NCBI RefSeq assembly: GCF_001194135.2
Contig: NC_068989.1
Span: forward strand, 49,100,940-49,164,939
Length of the DNA: 64,000 bases
Direction: 5' to 3'
DNA from: Octopus bimaculoides
Lineage: Eukaryota
Below the pieces are notes generated by a model, which worked only from the letters and a program-made list of their open reading frames with translations, searched no databases and was not told the DNA's origin. The position numbers were made by a program, and so were the translations under genes. This document shows, in pieces, positions 39,672-53,808 of this stretch (position 1 is its first letter; each line of letters starts with the position of its first letter).

Positions 39672-40015
39672 AGTGTTCAAAGTGAATGGCACATGTGGAG
39701 GTGAGAGGTCAAGGAAGATTTGGAATAAGGTGAAGAATGATCTCAGGTTATTACAACTCAAAAGAGATAACAAAGGCAACCTAACTAAAGCTGCCGCCAT
39801 GATAAATGGCACTCAATACACTCTGGTGACTGAGTAGAAACCTTGTAGAGTCAGGAGAACCATACTATTTTTGTCTTATGGACATGACAACCTTTCTAGT
39901 GCGGGTGTGATAAAATGCACCTGGCACATTCCATATGCCAACTGGTGTTAGGAAAAGCATTCAGTCATAGAACCCGTACTAAAGTATGACAGATAGGTGA
40001 GGTGGGGTCCCTTAG
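39672..40015 (+). mobile_element. RTE LINE 3' end followed by a family A-like tail
   Basis: KVNGTCGGERSRKIWNKVKNDLRLLQL resembles the RTE C-terminus. Downstream ggtgttaggaaaagcattcagtcatagaac resembles family A. Confidence 0.5.
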
Positions 40016-40860
40016 CCACACTTCATTAACATTAATAGAGCAGTAAATCTGAATAAGAAATAACTAACAATCCATTTATCTCAAGTTCTCATGGAAATCA
40101 GATGTGATCCCACTGCTGAGGATAATGACTTGCAGTACCAAGGCTGTACTTACAATATTGCCAATTCCTTCCCAAACCTCCATATCTAGTTTCTAACCTT
40201 TGGATTCTCATTTTCAAAGTTAAAATTTCAACCTTTTTAACTCTTTGTACATGTATTTAGTACTGACAGTCTGTGCTGTGTGCCGGTATTAGGCTATTCA
40301 GTAACTACATAATTTTTCACACAAGGAATTTTATAATGTATTTACAGATACTTCTCAGTGTGGTATAATTGAAAATATGGTGCTGCACTAAGTGAGACAT
40401 CGCACTGCTCACACACACAATTTTTCAATGCAGTTAGTACCGCTTCCCATCTGCAAGAGGTTAAACTCAGCAACTTGATGGAAGTGAAGCTACCTGCTAG
40501 ACACTTTTAATGAAACCAGACACTTCTACAGTTTTTAAACATAATAGAAGTGTTGTTGCTGTTGTTTGAGACTAAACAAAAACAAATACCTAAATATATT
40601 GATTGCTATATTAAAAAAATAATGACACTTGGTAAAAAATTTAGCTATTATTTTTACAATTTAATGAGAAAACAAAATGATAAACAATTTAAAAATGCAC
40701 TTTTCAGGCATACTTTAATGATATTCTTTCTTTCTTTATACTCTAATCTTTAGATTTAAATTAAAATTACAGAGTGATTCTAGATTCAAGTCTTAAAAAG
40801 AGAAAAAAAATTACTTAAATTTGAAATTACTGTGATCTTTTAATTTCTTAGTGAGATAAA

Positions 40861-40908
<48 letters not shown>

Positions 40909-42309
40909 GCGTGCGCGCATTGTGAGTTTTTACTTGCCAATAACATACAGATAGATTTTTTTTTAAAAACCTGCTTCGGTCTGATATTGCTTTCTAATTT
41001 ATTTCTATTGATGGTTATGATAAAGATAATAATAGGGATTTATTTTCTAAATTATTACCAATAACGATAACAATAACAATTATGGCAATGCTGACAATGA
41101 TGTCTTTTGACAAAAGACAAGGATCAATTAAATTGATTGCACTATATTAGAGATATTTTATTAACTATATAGAGATGAAAAGCCTAAATTCAGAACAATG
41201 AGAAGCTTAACTTTTGTATGCTATAAAGAATATATGGCTGATTTCCTACTGAGTCTACCAAACACACTGATTAATGAAGACAAAAAAAAAAAATAAAGTA
41301 AAATAAAAAAGTTTTTCATTAAGCACAAGACCAGAAATTTAGAGAAAAACGTATTAGTTGATACTATTGATTTCGGTACTTGACAAGTACTTAATTTCAG
41401 GAGTTCTCAGAGGAACAAAAGGTAAAACTGACCAAAGCTATATTTGAATTCAGAATGTAAAGAATTAGAAGTTTCCAATGTTCCAACAGTTCTGCAAATC
41501 CACAAACCTAATAATAAAAATGGCCTCAAATTTTGGCATAAAGGTAACAATTTTAAGGGTGGAGATTCAGTCAATTAGATTAACTCCAGTATTCAATTGG
41601 TACTTATTTTATCAACCTCAAAAAGATGAAAGACAAAGTTGAAGGGAAGCATGGTTTGAACTTAAAATATCAAGAGCAGGAACAAATATCACACAACTTT
41701 TTCTCCAATGCTCTAATAATTCTGCAAATCCACTGCTCTAAGAATAAACACAATAAAAGTAGTAATAACAATAATAATAATAATAATAATGAAAACAATG
41801 AAACTAATAATAGCAACAACAATAATATAGAACCCTAATTTTGGAACATTTTGGTGTACTTGGTTACATCTTGGGATTGCTTTATATCAACCTAAGTATT
41901 TAACAGGCATTGATATTAAAAGACCACACAAAGTCTTTATCATAATTTATCATATTCCTACGATACAAAATGCTAAGTGAAAATTGATATAAAGGGAAAT
42001 AACTCAATCAACCATTAACAGTCTTTCTTACTTTGGCACAAGGCCAGCAAGTTTTTGAGGAGTGGAGAGATCAATGATGTTGACCCCAGTGCTCTACTGA
42101 TATTTATTTTATTGAGAAATGAAAGGCAAAGTCAACCTTTGTGGAATTTGACGTCACAATGTAAAGACAAAAGGAATGCTGCTAATGTGCTTATAATTCT
42201 GCCAGCTCGCCACCTTAAATCAGTCAAAACATCAATATAACAAGGTATTTCCCTTAAAATGTAGCAGTTCTCACCTCACACTGGCATAAATATACATACT
42301 TTATATACT

Positions 42310-42640
42310 CATGGCTCAGTGGTTAAAGCGTCAGGCTCACAATCATGAGGCAGTGAGTTCTATTCCTAGATGAGGCTGTGAGTTGTGTTCTTGAGTCAGA
42401 CACTTTATTTCACGTCGCTCCAGTTCACTCAGCTGTAGAAATGAGTTGTGAAGTCACCAGTGCCAAGTTATGTTGGCCTTTCCCTTGGTTAACATTGGTG
42501 ACATGGAGAGGGGAGGTTGGTATGCATGGCTGACTGCTGGTCTTATATAAACAACATTGCCTGGACTTGTGCCTTGGAGGGGAAGTTTCTAGGTCCAATC
42601 CCATGGTCATTCATGACCAAAGGGGGTCTTTACCCCCTAT
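42310..42640 (+). mobile_element. tRNA-derived SINE with CORE-like domain (family D)
   Basis: A-box tggctcagtggtt and B-box-like gagttctattcc, then tgtgttcttgagtcagacactttatttcacgtcgctccagttcactcagctgtagaaatgag. Confidence 0.75.
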
Positions 42641-43706
42641 AATCACGCACATATGCATGCAAGTACAAATGACAACCTTTGACACAGTTTCCGTATATGA
42701 AATTTTATCCACAAGGTTATTGGCCAAGACTGTGTTAGATGAGATTTTCCTTACAGTACCATGTTGTGAAATCAAATGTGGAGTCATGTGATTATGAAGT
42801 AGACTTCTTAACTATAAGGTCATACCTGCTCCAACATTAAGTTCTCACATCTACACAGCAAATTTTAGAGGAAGGGTCTTAGTTATTTAAATTAGTGGAG
42901 AGGACATAGGTGTCTAAATTGTAGAAAGCATGTGTCATCATCATCATCATTTAACATTTATTTTTATACTGGCATGGGCTGGACAGTTCAGCAGTAGCTG
43001 GCAAGCCAGATAACTGCACCAAGCTCTACTTAAGAATGGTTTCTGCTGCTGGATGACCTTTCTAATGCCAACCACTTTACAGAGTGTACTGAGAGCTTTT
43101 AACAAAGCACTAGCACCAGCAAGATAACCAAATAAAATACAAGTAACCACCCCACCTCCACCTTCAACTGAGAGAGGAATAGAAATAGATGTCGTGCATT
43201 AGAGGAAGACACATGACTACCTCAGTTGGAAAGGGAAAGAGAAAGAGAGAAACTGGTGAAGATGTGTCAGGGCATATATGTCGCAGTTTTCACCTCACAT
43301 ACTTTAATGCTATTAATAAGGTCTAATGGTTTGTAAATTATTTTGTAACTTAATAATTGTATATTGATGTTATCACTAATCTATGAGAATATATTTCTAT
43401 TTTACATATCCATAATATCAAATAATTAAATGTATATATTCATAGATTATGATTTTGCATAGATTCATATTTTCATTACTGATCCTGGTAAGATTTGAGC
43501 TCAGAGACATCTACATACAACACTTAATACAGCGATTTTTACTGATTCTATCAATCATTGCTCCAAGATCTACAAGGATATGTATGACTGGATCAAGGCC
43601 AGAGATGGTGCAGTTAATTTAACAGTCCCCGTTACTGATTGGTGATTATTTTATTGTTCCTGAAAGAATGAAAAGTATAGTTGACCTTAGTAGGGTTTGA
43701 AATCAG

Positions 43707-43748
43707 AATAAGGATGTTAATGATAATAATAAGGATGTTAATGATAAT
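43707..43748. repeat. 21-bp tandem duplication merging into (AAT)n
   Basis: aataaggatgttaatgataat twice. Confidence 0.85.
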
Positions 43749-45088
43749 AATAATAATAATTTCTGAGACAGGTAGAAGGTAACTAATTTAGGGAAGTAAT
43801 GTTTTTGCCTCTCTGTCTCTATCATCTGACACAAGATCACCTTCTCTAAAGCCCCTCCCCTCTCAAAATTTCTAGTCTTGCAAGTTACTTGATGACCCAA
43901 CCGGTGCCACATAAAAAGCATCCAATCCACACTGTGAAGTGGTTGGCATTTGGAAGGGCATCCAGCTGTAAAAACCATGCCAAAAATGACTGCACCTGTG
44001 CTGATGCCAGATAAAAAGCACTCAGTCCACTGTATGGGGTGGTTGGTGTTAGGAAGGGCATCCAGCCATAAAAACTATGCCAAAACAGACACAGTAACTT
44101 GGTACGGTCTTCTACCTGGCCATCTTCTGTCAAACTGTCCAACCCATGCCAGCATGGAAGACAGACATTAAATGATCATGATGATGAATGCAGTCCATAA
44201 ATCGGTTTCAAACTTTGGCACAAGGCCAGCAAGCTCAAGAGAAGGGAGTATGTCAATTACATCAACTCTAGTACTCAACTGGTACTTATTGACTCCCCAA
44301 AAGGATGAAAGGTAAAGTCAACCTTGGCATAATTTGAACTCTGGACATAAAGACAGACAAAATGCTGCTAAGCATTTCGTCTTGTATGCTAATGATTCTG
44401 CCAGCTCACTGCCTTACGTAGTCCATATATTGACTGCATTACTTACTTATTTCACAAGCCTTGGAACAGTGAAAGGCAAAGTTCAGCCTCAGGGTGATAT
44501 GAACACAGAATGGAAAGTGTTTTAACTAAATAAACAAAACCAGGCATTTTGTCTGCTACTACATCGATAATAATAATAATAATACAACAAGACTAACAGT
44601 AATAATAATTGCATTAAGTTTAATAAACATCAAACAGAAAATAAATTTGTTACTTCAATTTTTGAAAGAAAAGAAAAACAAACAAACATTATTAATGTTA
44701 GAAAAAGATATTCATTGTTTCAATAATGAAAAGACAAATAAAAGAACTTTAAATAACAGAGCAAGTTATCACAGATAGTTTTATCATATTTACCCAACAT
44801 TGTTAATATACCCTGAAGAAAGAAATGTGTGTGTGTGTATTTATTTACGCAAAAACATTTAAAATACTTGCACATATTCACACATCTTTAAAGTGTTTAG
44901 TCACATGTACCTTTATACACACACACACACACACACTTTTAATGAGAAAATGAAAACAAGTTACAGTATTAATAGTGAAAATTTTATAATTGCATTAGTT
45001 CTTAATCAGAATAGTAAAATTTACATATGAAAATGTTTTTTGAAATTCATTTTCTGACCAGCCTATGGATAACTAAATTATCCTAGTA

Positions 45089-45136
45089 GTTTAGTTTTGG
45101 ACATAAAGTTTAGTTTTGGACATAAAGTTTAGTTTT
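45089..45136. repeat. 19-bp tandem repeat, about 2.5 copies
   Basis: ttagttttggacataaagt twice, plus ttagtttt. Confidence 0.9.
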
Positions 45137-45240
45137 CAGCTGTGATGTTTAAATTTTGATACCTTTTAAATTAATCTATTAAAATAACAAAAACAAACCA
45201 TATAAATCAGATTTCTTTTTTTGGCAATGTCGGTCTAAAT

Positions 45241-45597
45241 CTATGATTCTCAAATGGAGCCCATATGACCCATTGAGGGAGGGGATCCACAGAAGCGTTT
45301 TAAGGGTCCTTGAAAAAAAAAAATTGCTTTAGACATATTTATTGCGAGAAACAGCTAGGTTTCTTTCTCTAATGTTGTACATAGTTCAACATGCTTCTGG
45401 CTACTGAAACATGTTTTCTCATAGACTACTAGTGCAAACCTACACAAATGAACATGTGAAAAATGAAATAGGAATTTTTGAAAGAAGTCTCCATTAAACT
45501 AGTTTTCAGAAATCAAGTGGCTATGGGGAACAGGGTCTCAATAATAAAATAGTAACTCTTATGAGTCCATAGGTAAGAAAATAGCTGAGAACCACTT
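45241..45597. mobile_element. hAT-like MITE (diverged)
   Basis: The ends ctatgattctcaa... and ...gctgagaaccactt approximate the hAT TIR cagtggttctcaa / ttgagaaccactg. Confidence 0.5.
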
Positions 45598-45664
45598 GTC
45601 TATATCATTCTCAGCATTGAAATTATAATGTAAAATCTTGAAAATTATCTAAATGCTATTTAGT

Positions 45665-45870
45665 CTTGATCCTTTTGGTACCAACCTCCTGAGGCTACCT
45701 TTGTTTCAATAATAGAAACTTCTAGCTTTATAGTGATCGAAATTCAAGGTCTCTATCAAATTTTATGCTAATTTATGTTTTTAACACCTACTTAATAATA
45801 ACAAAATTATTTTACTAAATTCTGCATTGTTTTCAAAATTAACAGAAATGTGATAACTAAAAGATGAAAC
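45665..45870. mobile_element. Diverged copy of the piggyBac-like MITE
   Basis: ttgatccttttggtaccaacctcctgaggctacc...ttattttactaaattctg is similar to 60972-61194. Confidence 0.55.
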
Positions 45871-48800
45871 TTTTCTCTCACTACCACATACAAGTCTCCA
45901 AAACTATACATGTACATATAAGGATTTTCCTTACATTCGCTGGCAAAAAATTCGATGCTTAAAACAAGGTAACAACAAGCAAACATTTAATATAAAACCG
46001 CATTCATAAGGGTAAAGCAATGTAGTATAATATGATAGGCTGTGAATTGGCAGAATTATTAGAGCATCAGATGGAATGCTTTGACAGTCTATGTTCAATT
46101 CTTGCCAAGGTAAATTTTTCAAGGTTGGTAAAATAAAGTACCAAATCAGGGTAATGGATTGGCAGGACTGGAATTTGAACCAGCACTTGACATTCTGTGT
46201 TCAAATCCTGCCATGGCCTATTTAGGTGGAAAATGTAATCTATTAATCAATCCATAACCATTATCTAGGATCTTGAGAGCTTTCAGCAGAATCTGTTCTG
46301 TTGAAAGCATTTGAGTCAAGTCTTCAGATTGAGGATATCTTCCTCCCTCCCTTTTTTTCTTTTGGAGGCCTTGTAAAAAGGTCATAGACACTGCCCTCCC
46401 TTCAGACAAAAAAGATTAAAAAAAAAAATAATGGAAACGTTATACACTAAAAAGAGAGAAAGATGAAAATGAAATATAAAAAGAAATAATTAAAAAAAAT
46501 TGAAGTATCCAGGGTCACAAAACCTATAGCAAATAAATCAAAACTAGAAAAGAGATCTCTATGTATGCAGTGCAGCAACTACAAAATATTGCTATTGAGT
46601 TTTACATTCTTGCTTTTTCAATGTTTTTAAATCTTGTTTACTATGCAGCAGTTTTGAAAGTTGGTAACTTTGTCATTCCTGCATTGATTATTGGAGCTTA
46701 TTCTTAGTTTTTGCTTAGTTTTTAACCTCCAAGAAGGCTTTACTAATACTGACCACTCATCTGTGAAGTGGAAGTAGTACCTATTTTCAACTGAGTTGAC
46801 TGAATGAAATAAAGTGCCTTAACCAGAAGCAGAAGACAATGGCTGTCAAAGAATTTGAACACATGAATTTGCAATCAGCTATCTGGCATCCAATACATAT
46901 ATATAGATCTGTAAAAGCTGCAACTATGGAAGAATATAATGAAAATTAATTTTCTGAATAAAAGAGATTGGCAGGATAAATGGGAAATGTCTTATTCTCA
47001 AAGTCAACCAGTGTGAAATTCAAAGCTGTAGGAGGATGGGGAGCAAAGGCAGAAAAGAGAAAACAACAAACGATACAGAATGAAAAAGAAAGACAAAAAG
47101 AGAAAGAAAAGGAATCAGTGAACACTTGCCATTGGTTTAGAAAAAGATATTGAATTAAAGCCAGGTCATGAAAAGAAGTTTGATCATATTTTATATCTAA
47201 CAAAGTATTTAACCAGAGGCAGAAGTGTATGCATGTGATGAGGAAATATAGAAAGAACATTGAGGTTACTGGAGTAATCTTCAATGTAATATCTTCAAAG
47301 ACAATATATATGAAATAGACAATAAAAATCTTTTTTATCTTTCTTGGCCTGAATAAAAAGAGAAGATATTCTAGGACCTGTAGACTATATTGCCATATAA
47401 AAATACTAGAAATCTGCAAAGAGAGGACAAAAATTAATGAAGTAAGCAGGGATAAGATGCTTTTCATATTATGAGTGTAACTGTGACAGGCTGTTTGATA
47501 AGGTTAATACTCCGTATTCACACCCGATTCTAACAGAAATATAACTTTTACTCAATAAATATTCATGGTTAAAGGAAGGCTTAGAAATGGTCATGTGCAC
47601 AACACAAGGGAAACTAATTACCTTATTTTCAGCAATGCAATAATGCTTATAACAGTAATAGGTAACCTTCCTTCTGTGAAAATTTCCTATAAACACAAAT
47701 GTGCGTTATGCGAAATTATAGGTGCAAGACTGGGCTATGTAGTTAAGGAAATTGCTTCGCGATCACGATTTCTAGTTCAGTGCCAGTGCATGGCACTTTG
47801 GGAAAGTAAGTGTCTTCTTCTATATCTCTGAGTCAACCAAATACTTGTAGGTGGCTTTGGTAGATGTAAACTAAAAAAAGCCTCGATGCATGTCTGTGCA
47901 TGTGCATTATGCACATACTTGTGTTTCTTTGTTTTACATCACACAATTGTTTAAAATGAGTGTAACCATCAGATCTTTATTGCACGCTTGCTTTTGAAAT
48001 GTCTAGCAATGGGAAATATCACCAGGTGAAGATTGGTAACAAGAAGGACATAGAAAAAAATCCTGCTTCAATGAATTACATCTGATGCATGCAAGTTTGA
48101 AAAAGTAGGCAGTGAAATGATGCTGTTGATGAGGAGGATGCTGAATACACAAAACAATAGTAATAACTGTGTTGACTTCAATAATATCATATTTAATACT
48201 GTTCTCTCCCATTTCATTTCTGCAATACCAAAAATAGTTTAAGTCTATCTGATATCTAGAAGATCATAGGGCCAGAGTTTATTCTATTTTCCAAGGTGTA
48301 CATGCAACTAAAACTGCAAGATTCTTCTGCTTGATAGATACCATTCCACTATAAGATATGCTACTGCTTGTACTCGTTCCAGTTAAGTAGACTTGTCTTG
48401 CTCAAATACATAATGCATAGCCTAGTCTGGGAATCAAACCTATGATCACTAAGAGCTCAACATCTTAACCACTAGGCTTTGTACTTTATGTAACAGCAAT
48501 ACACAATGAAAAAAGGATTTTAAACAGGAAAATTCCCAAGGAAACTTTACAGGAAATATTCCAATAAATTTTATTTACAAACAATAAAATAACAAAACAC
48601 ATGAGAGAAAAAAATTTTCAATATTTCTCTAAAATGCAATAATCAAACTATGTTACTTGAAATATTGAAAATATTATTAAAAGCAGAAGACTACGTAACT
48701 AAACTCAATCCAATAGATTGGATAAAGTTTCTTTCCAAAAGACAATACATACATACATATACATGTACATATATACATACCTTAGAAAGAAGTACATGCA

Positions 48801-50973
48801 TATACCTACAGTCATATGCACACAAATACATACTCAAACACACACACATTTACAACTACATCTATGCATAAAAACATACACAAATATGCATATATAAATA
48901 TGATACACACACCATACAATTGTGTGTATGTGTTTATGTGTGTGTCTGTCTCCCTCACTTCCATCCTCTCTCTCCCTCATATAAATATATAGGAATCTGA
49001 AAATTTCATCAGCCGTTATTCTAAGTTTCACATTTCTGATTGAAAACATGAACTCAGAGTAATGATTAGCGGAGTCAGTTTTTAATAAATACAAAACTCC
49101 ATGTCTCATTTTTGAGTACTCACATTTCTCCTTGTTTGCAAAATTCAATGTGCCATAGAATACACATGCATTTCTTAGATTTCTACACATGAATATTTAT
49201 ATACAGACACACACACACATATATATATAACTGGATACACATACACACAGAGTTAAATAAATAGAGATATGTTATCTGATGGAAGTATTAGCAAACAAAC
49301 AGTGGTAAAAAAGAGAGAAAATCTATGACTACAACTACAAGATCTATGTGTGTGTGAGTGGCCTATGTGTGTGTATTGAGAGAGAGAGAGAGAGAGACTG
49401 TTAAAATATCAGTATTTCCAATAACCAATAGATACTCTACACATTTTAATGGTATATAGAAGAAAAAATTCAACTATTAAAAAGCCAAAAAATATAAACA
49501 AAATTATCCAAATATCATTAATATTGCATTCTTATTGGATTCCTCATCCCAGGTCTCAAATGTAAATTGAATCCAACTGCACTCCCCATGTTGTCAGGGA
49601 AACTTGAGATAAAGAGTAGAATTAACAAACACATATATAAATGAATATATTATTATGTGCAAACAAACAAGGTACTTTTGTTTTGGTTCCTATATTGATC
49701 CATATTTTCATGTTTATTCCATTCCATATTCTACCACACATAAGTTGTTCAACTCCAGAGGTAAAGAAATAAGATCATAACAAATCTCTTAACCTCAGTC
49801 ATGAATCGTTGAAGGCTATGAAAGGTAATACAGTGGTTTAGCAGTAAAACTCTATTCTAAATTGAATGTTTTTCACTTAGTAAATATTATCTGAATTCCA
49901 GTTACTATTTACTGCTTAACATCCATTCTCCTAGGACAACACAGTATGGATGATTATTCCTTATTTAAACATTTACACATATTTGAAACTAAACTACTTT
50001 TCCTTTCCTGAACAAACATCTATGCTTTTGGAGTGGAATCTATCATCATCCAAGAAACCCGAAGAAAATAAAATTGGCTTGGCATGTGCCTTCTTCAGGA
50101 ACACAATATATTTCGCAAGGTTTCAAATGATAATCATAAAGTCAATAGATTAATATCATGATCACATAATCCTTATCTTTTAAATCTTTTCTTATATTTA
50201 GATGACACATTAACACATAAATGGGTATGACAAAATCTTTATGGTCTTATGAATATTCAAAGTACATGGGTTAGAAAAATATCAGAATTACAGATGGGTA
50301 GAAATGTACCAACTTTAATTTATTGATAAATTTTTTTCTTCATAAACACCTGATTTTAAACAAAAAAAAATTTTTTTTATTGTTTAAGTCAGAAAGAGAA
50401 GGGCAACTCACACAACCTTTTGCAAGTTCTTCCTCTCTCTCTCTCTCTCTTTCCACTTTCTGAGACAGTAGAAGGACAGAGAAGAAGAAACCATGTGTCA
50501 CGAGTTCCTATAGTAGTTAAACTGTTTGAACAAATCGAGTTATCCGCAGGCCAGAGATATGGTAAGCTAATATACCCAAAAGGGAAAGAATTTGGGGTTA
50601 AACATTGTAGCAGGTTAAAAGTGGCACCCAAGAACAAGTGCAGTCCATTTGGTACAGTTTCCTTCCATACAACTACACTTTTAAGGCTCTGTTCAACCTA
50701 AACATTTGGTCAAGATATCAAGCAGAGGGATGAGGCCAAAAACCTGTAAAATGAACTTTTTAACCACATAATTATTCAGTAAATATAACGGAATTTCTAG
50801 CTACTTCCATTGATTTGTTCACATCATAAAAGTACTAATTCTATAATTGCTGCCTTCGGTTTTATTGACAGCAGTCCTCACTTTTTACATCAGTTGCCTT
50901 TACTTCTATTCAGTAGCCGTCACTTTTTATTGAAAGTAAGCCAAGAGATTTTAAATGGAAGTTTCAATCTTAC

Positions 50974-51058
50974 TAGAATGATTACTCCATGGTATCTTGT
51001 ATGGAAAAATACTCTTGTTTTCAAATTAAAATCAAATCCAATGATTTTTCCTTCACAT
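50974..51058 (-). CDS. Candidate exon, phase 2->0 (CEGKIIGFDFNLKTRVFFHTRYHGVIIL)
   Basis: Acceptor ttatttcacacattcag, donor CTA|gtaaga. Only one frame is open. Confidence 0.3.
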
Positions 51059-52295
51059 CTGAATGTGTGAAATAACTTCTCTTTTTTAGTATGATGTGAA
51101 TTATTGAGATGTTTTCAATTGTAAATATTAAAAATGTTATCACATCTTGTTCACAGGCTTTGATAACAATTTACTATCCTTTGGTGAGTTCTCCAACCTA
51201 AAGATATGTAATACAATTTCACTTTTTGAAATTTACCCCTCTACAACTTATTTTTAATCAGATGCAAGGTTTATTATGGTCTCATATATCTACTCTGGTT
51301 AGTTCTTTCAGTCAAAAAACAGGTTCATGAATTATGATACATAGTTAAAAGAAGGCTTTTAATGTGCTAAGGATTTGCGATGCAAGTATAGGGAACAACT
51401 AAATGCAGACAACAAAATTATGTCGTCAAATTTTATCAAGTATACAAAATACTTTGAATTCACAAAAAAAAACAAGATTCACTTAAGTAAGGAATTTCAA
51501 AGTCAGGAAAAGATTTCAGCAGATCAGTTCAGTTTTCTCTCCCATAGTTAGAGAATATATGGCATCCAAGTAATATTAAAATACATTGGTGTATAGAAAT
51601 GATAATTTCTTAACAAAACTGTATAAGTACATAATTATCCTCCAACTACAAAGCCATTCCTGCAATAAGCTAAAACCTTTTCACTACCTTAGAACAAGAA
51701 ATTCAATAATTTATTCTCTAAAGATCCAGGCAACAAGGATATAACAACAATATCATCAAATCTTTCTCATATTGGTAAAGTGTATTTTCCCTTTTCTTAT
51801 TTTGCAAACATTCATTTCATATACATTAAGCATGTAATGTAGCAATACAACATGTACAAAAACATATTGATAAATAAATGGATCCATGAAGATAATACGA
51901 AATATGAAATCAAAATGCAACTGCAGAGAAGCTCAAGTAACAGCAATTTCTGCATCATTTACTGTTTCTGTGTGTATGTCAAAGTGAAGAGGAAGGAATA
52001 CATAACTATATTATTTAACATTTTTTTTTCTGTTAGATAAGAGGAATACAAACACTATATATTACATTCAATCAAAACATTCCTTTTATCTCCTGCATTA
52101 CCCGAAATTCAACAACTAGTTGCAACATATGTTTTATGTATTTAAAAAAAACGCCAACAACAACAAAAAAAGACCTATATAATAAATAACAAATGGAAAA
52201 GGCAATATGGAATAAAAATTACACTGAATAATTCAGACCTGGAAAACAGTTCTTTATAGTAATCCTTTCAAAAACAGTCCACAGCAATACAGGAA

Positions 52296-52334
52296 TGATG
52301 ATGATGATGATGGTGGTGATGGTGATGGTGATGG

Positions 52335-52398
<64 letters not shown>
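52296..52398. repeat. (GAT)n microsatellite with a GGT-interspersed block
   Basis: Directly visible. Confidence 0.97.
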
Positions 52399-52399
<1 letters not shown>

Positions 52400-52939
52400 C
52401 TTGTAATTTTATTTCTTTCAGTTTGAATTAGATGTATTTACATATTCTTGGTCATATTTTTAGTTGCGCAATGAATAAGAATATATAATATATGATGACA
52501 GAATCTCAAAACCAATATCACTTCATTCTCAGGTATAAAATGTACCTTTAGATGACAAAACTACTCAAGTTGAAAATTACTACACACAATATCTAAACTT
52601 CAAGAACTACATGCAAAGTAAATAGTTTTATCCAGTTTACAAACCCCTCATTAACACACACACACACACCAACTTAATTTATCAATACAGACATATCCCT
52701 GTAACAAGTTTCTATAGCATTCCTATCATAGGTCCTCAGATGACTTGCTACCTCTAATTTCATTATTTTTACTTTTTCTCTTCGACATATGTAGCACATA
52801 ATTTTCTCAAGAATCATGCGACAGCAGCAGCTCCGCTTTTGAGCATTTCCCCAAAATTGATTTTTTACTTTGGTAGTAGAAGAGTACACCTTTGGACATA
52901 GAGGGCAACATAGTTCAGCTGAGGTTGTAAGAGCTGTAT

Positions 52940-53450
52940 GCATATAAGCATATAGCTAGAAATCAATAGAGACTGCTATAGATCAGGAAAAAGTAATTCA
53001 CTAATCGGCAGAAGTTCTAAAATACTTTGGAACTTTTAGGTTTGCTGCCACAAAGCCTTCAGCCAAAAAAAAAAAAAAAAAAAAAATGGAATCCTTTTAA
53101 TACTGCTGTATAATTTATTTCAACTACTAAATTAATGGATAAGAACCTTCTACCACATAACATAGTGACTACTATTCATATTGAGAATGCCAGAGGAGAG
53201 GATGCAATTATATTCAATATTCCACTCATACCAATAGTTGTACCCTTTTGATTTAGAAAACTTCAGTTTCCAAGTTGGCCTTAGATTTACCATGTCAATT
53301 AATAGATTCCAAATGCAAAAAAAATATGTTGCTGGAGTATGTTTTGAGGATCCTGCTTTGCTCTTGGCTACATTTATGAAGGCATCCTCCATAATCTCTG
53401 CTGATAAAACCAAAAACATTTTTTTATCAAAAGATGCTGACATGAGTGTT
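52940..53450 (+). mobile_element. Helitron relic: C-terminal Pif1-like helicase region
   Basis: Broken frames: KSIETAIDQEKVIH..AEVL; LELLGLLPQSLQPK..GILLILLYNL; KNLLPHNIVTTIHIENARGEDAIIFNIPLIPIVVPF*FRKLQFP; LRFTMSINRFQ...VAGVCFEDP...KTKNI. These match the Helitron helicase end LEPSG.PPH.L.LK.G.PI.LLRNL...GEDVFIPRIPLIP...FKRLQFPVRLAFAMSINK.QGQ.L.VAG..LE.PCF...KTKNIV (from recall). Confidence 0.85.
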
Positions 53451-53808
53451 TAGAATTCCCAAGGCTATGATAGTTACACAACTAATATAATACAAGCTGG
53501 GATTCAGTGTAATTCTAAATATCGTTTCTTTATTGCTGCATGTTTTGCAGTTCCAATATTGGGATGTGTGGATTCCCTTCAGGCACTCCAGTTTCCACAA
53601 GTAATACAAACTATTTGATTTCCATAAGAGGTTCATCTCCCAGCACTCCAGTTTCTACTCAATTTTCAAATTATTTTAAAAATTAAAGAATTGTAAAAAT
53701 AAATCATAAAGAAAAAATATTTCAGAGTTGTACCTGTCTGGCAAGTGATTTGATCAGAGACCACATGTTAAAACTGAAGCAGCTACAATATGGAACAGTC
53801 ATTCTACT

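Noticed and set aside
42310-42385. tRNA gene
   Set aside because: A and B boxes are present, but no full cloverleaf, and it continues into a SINE core found in other copies
46946-47467. 173-aa minus-strand ORF
   Set aside because: Low-complexity F/L/I/S translation of an A-rich plus strand, with no motifs or convincing splice sites
49124-49182. Minus-strand exon with gtgagt donor (NLRNACVFYGTLNFANKEK)
   Set aside because: Weak acceptor, two frames open, and no convincing link to neighbouring candidates
50974-51058. IIGFDFNLKTRVFFHT as a YWTD beta-propeller strand; TLKIWSL (13141-13172) as WD40
   Set aside because: Isolated few-residue resemblances with no repeated domain architecture
52890-52933. 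Minus-strand exon LLQPQLNYVALYVQR that would bridge to 50974-51058
   Set aside because: Weak donor (gtgtac), and it abuts or overlaps the degraded upstream part of the Helitron relic
53150-53443. 97-aa minus-strand ORF with protein-like composition
   Set aside because: It is the antisense shadow of the Helitron helicase relic
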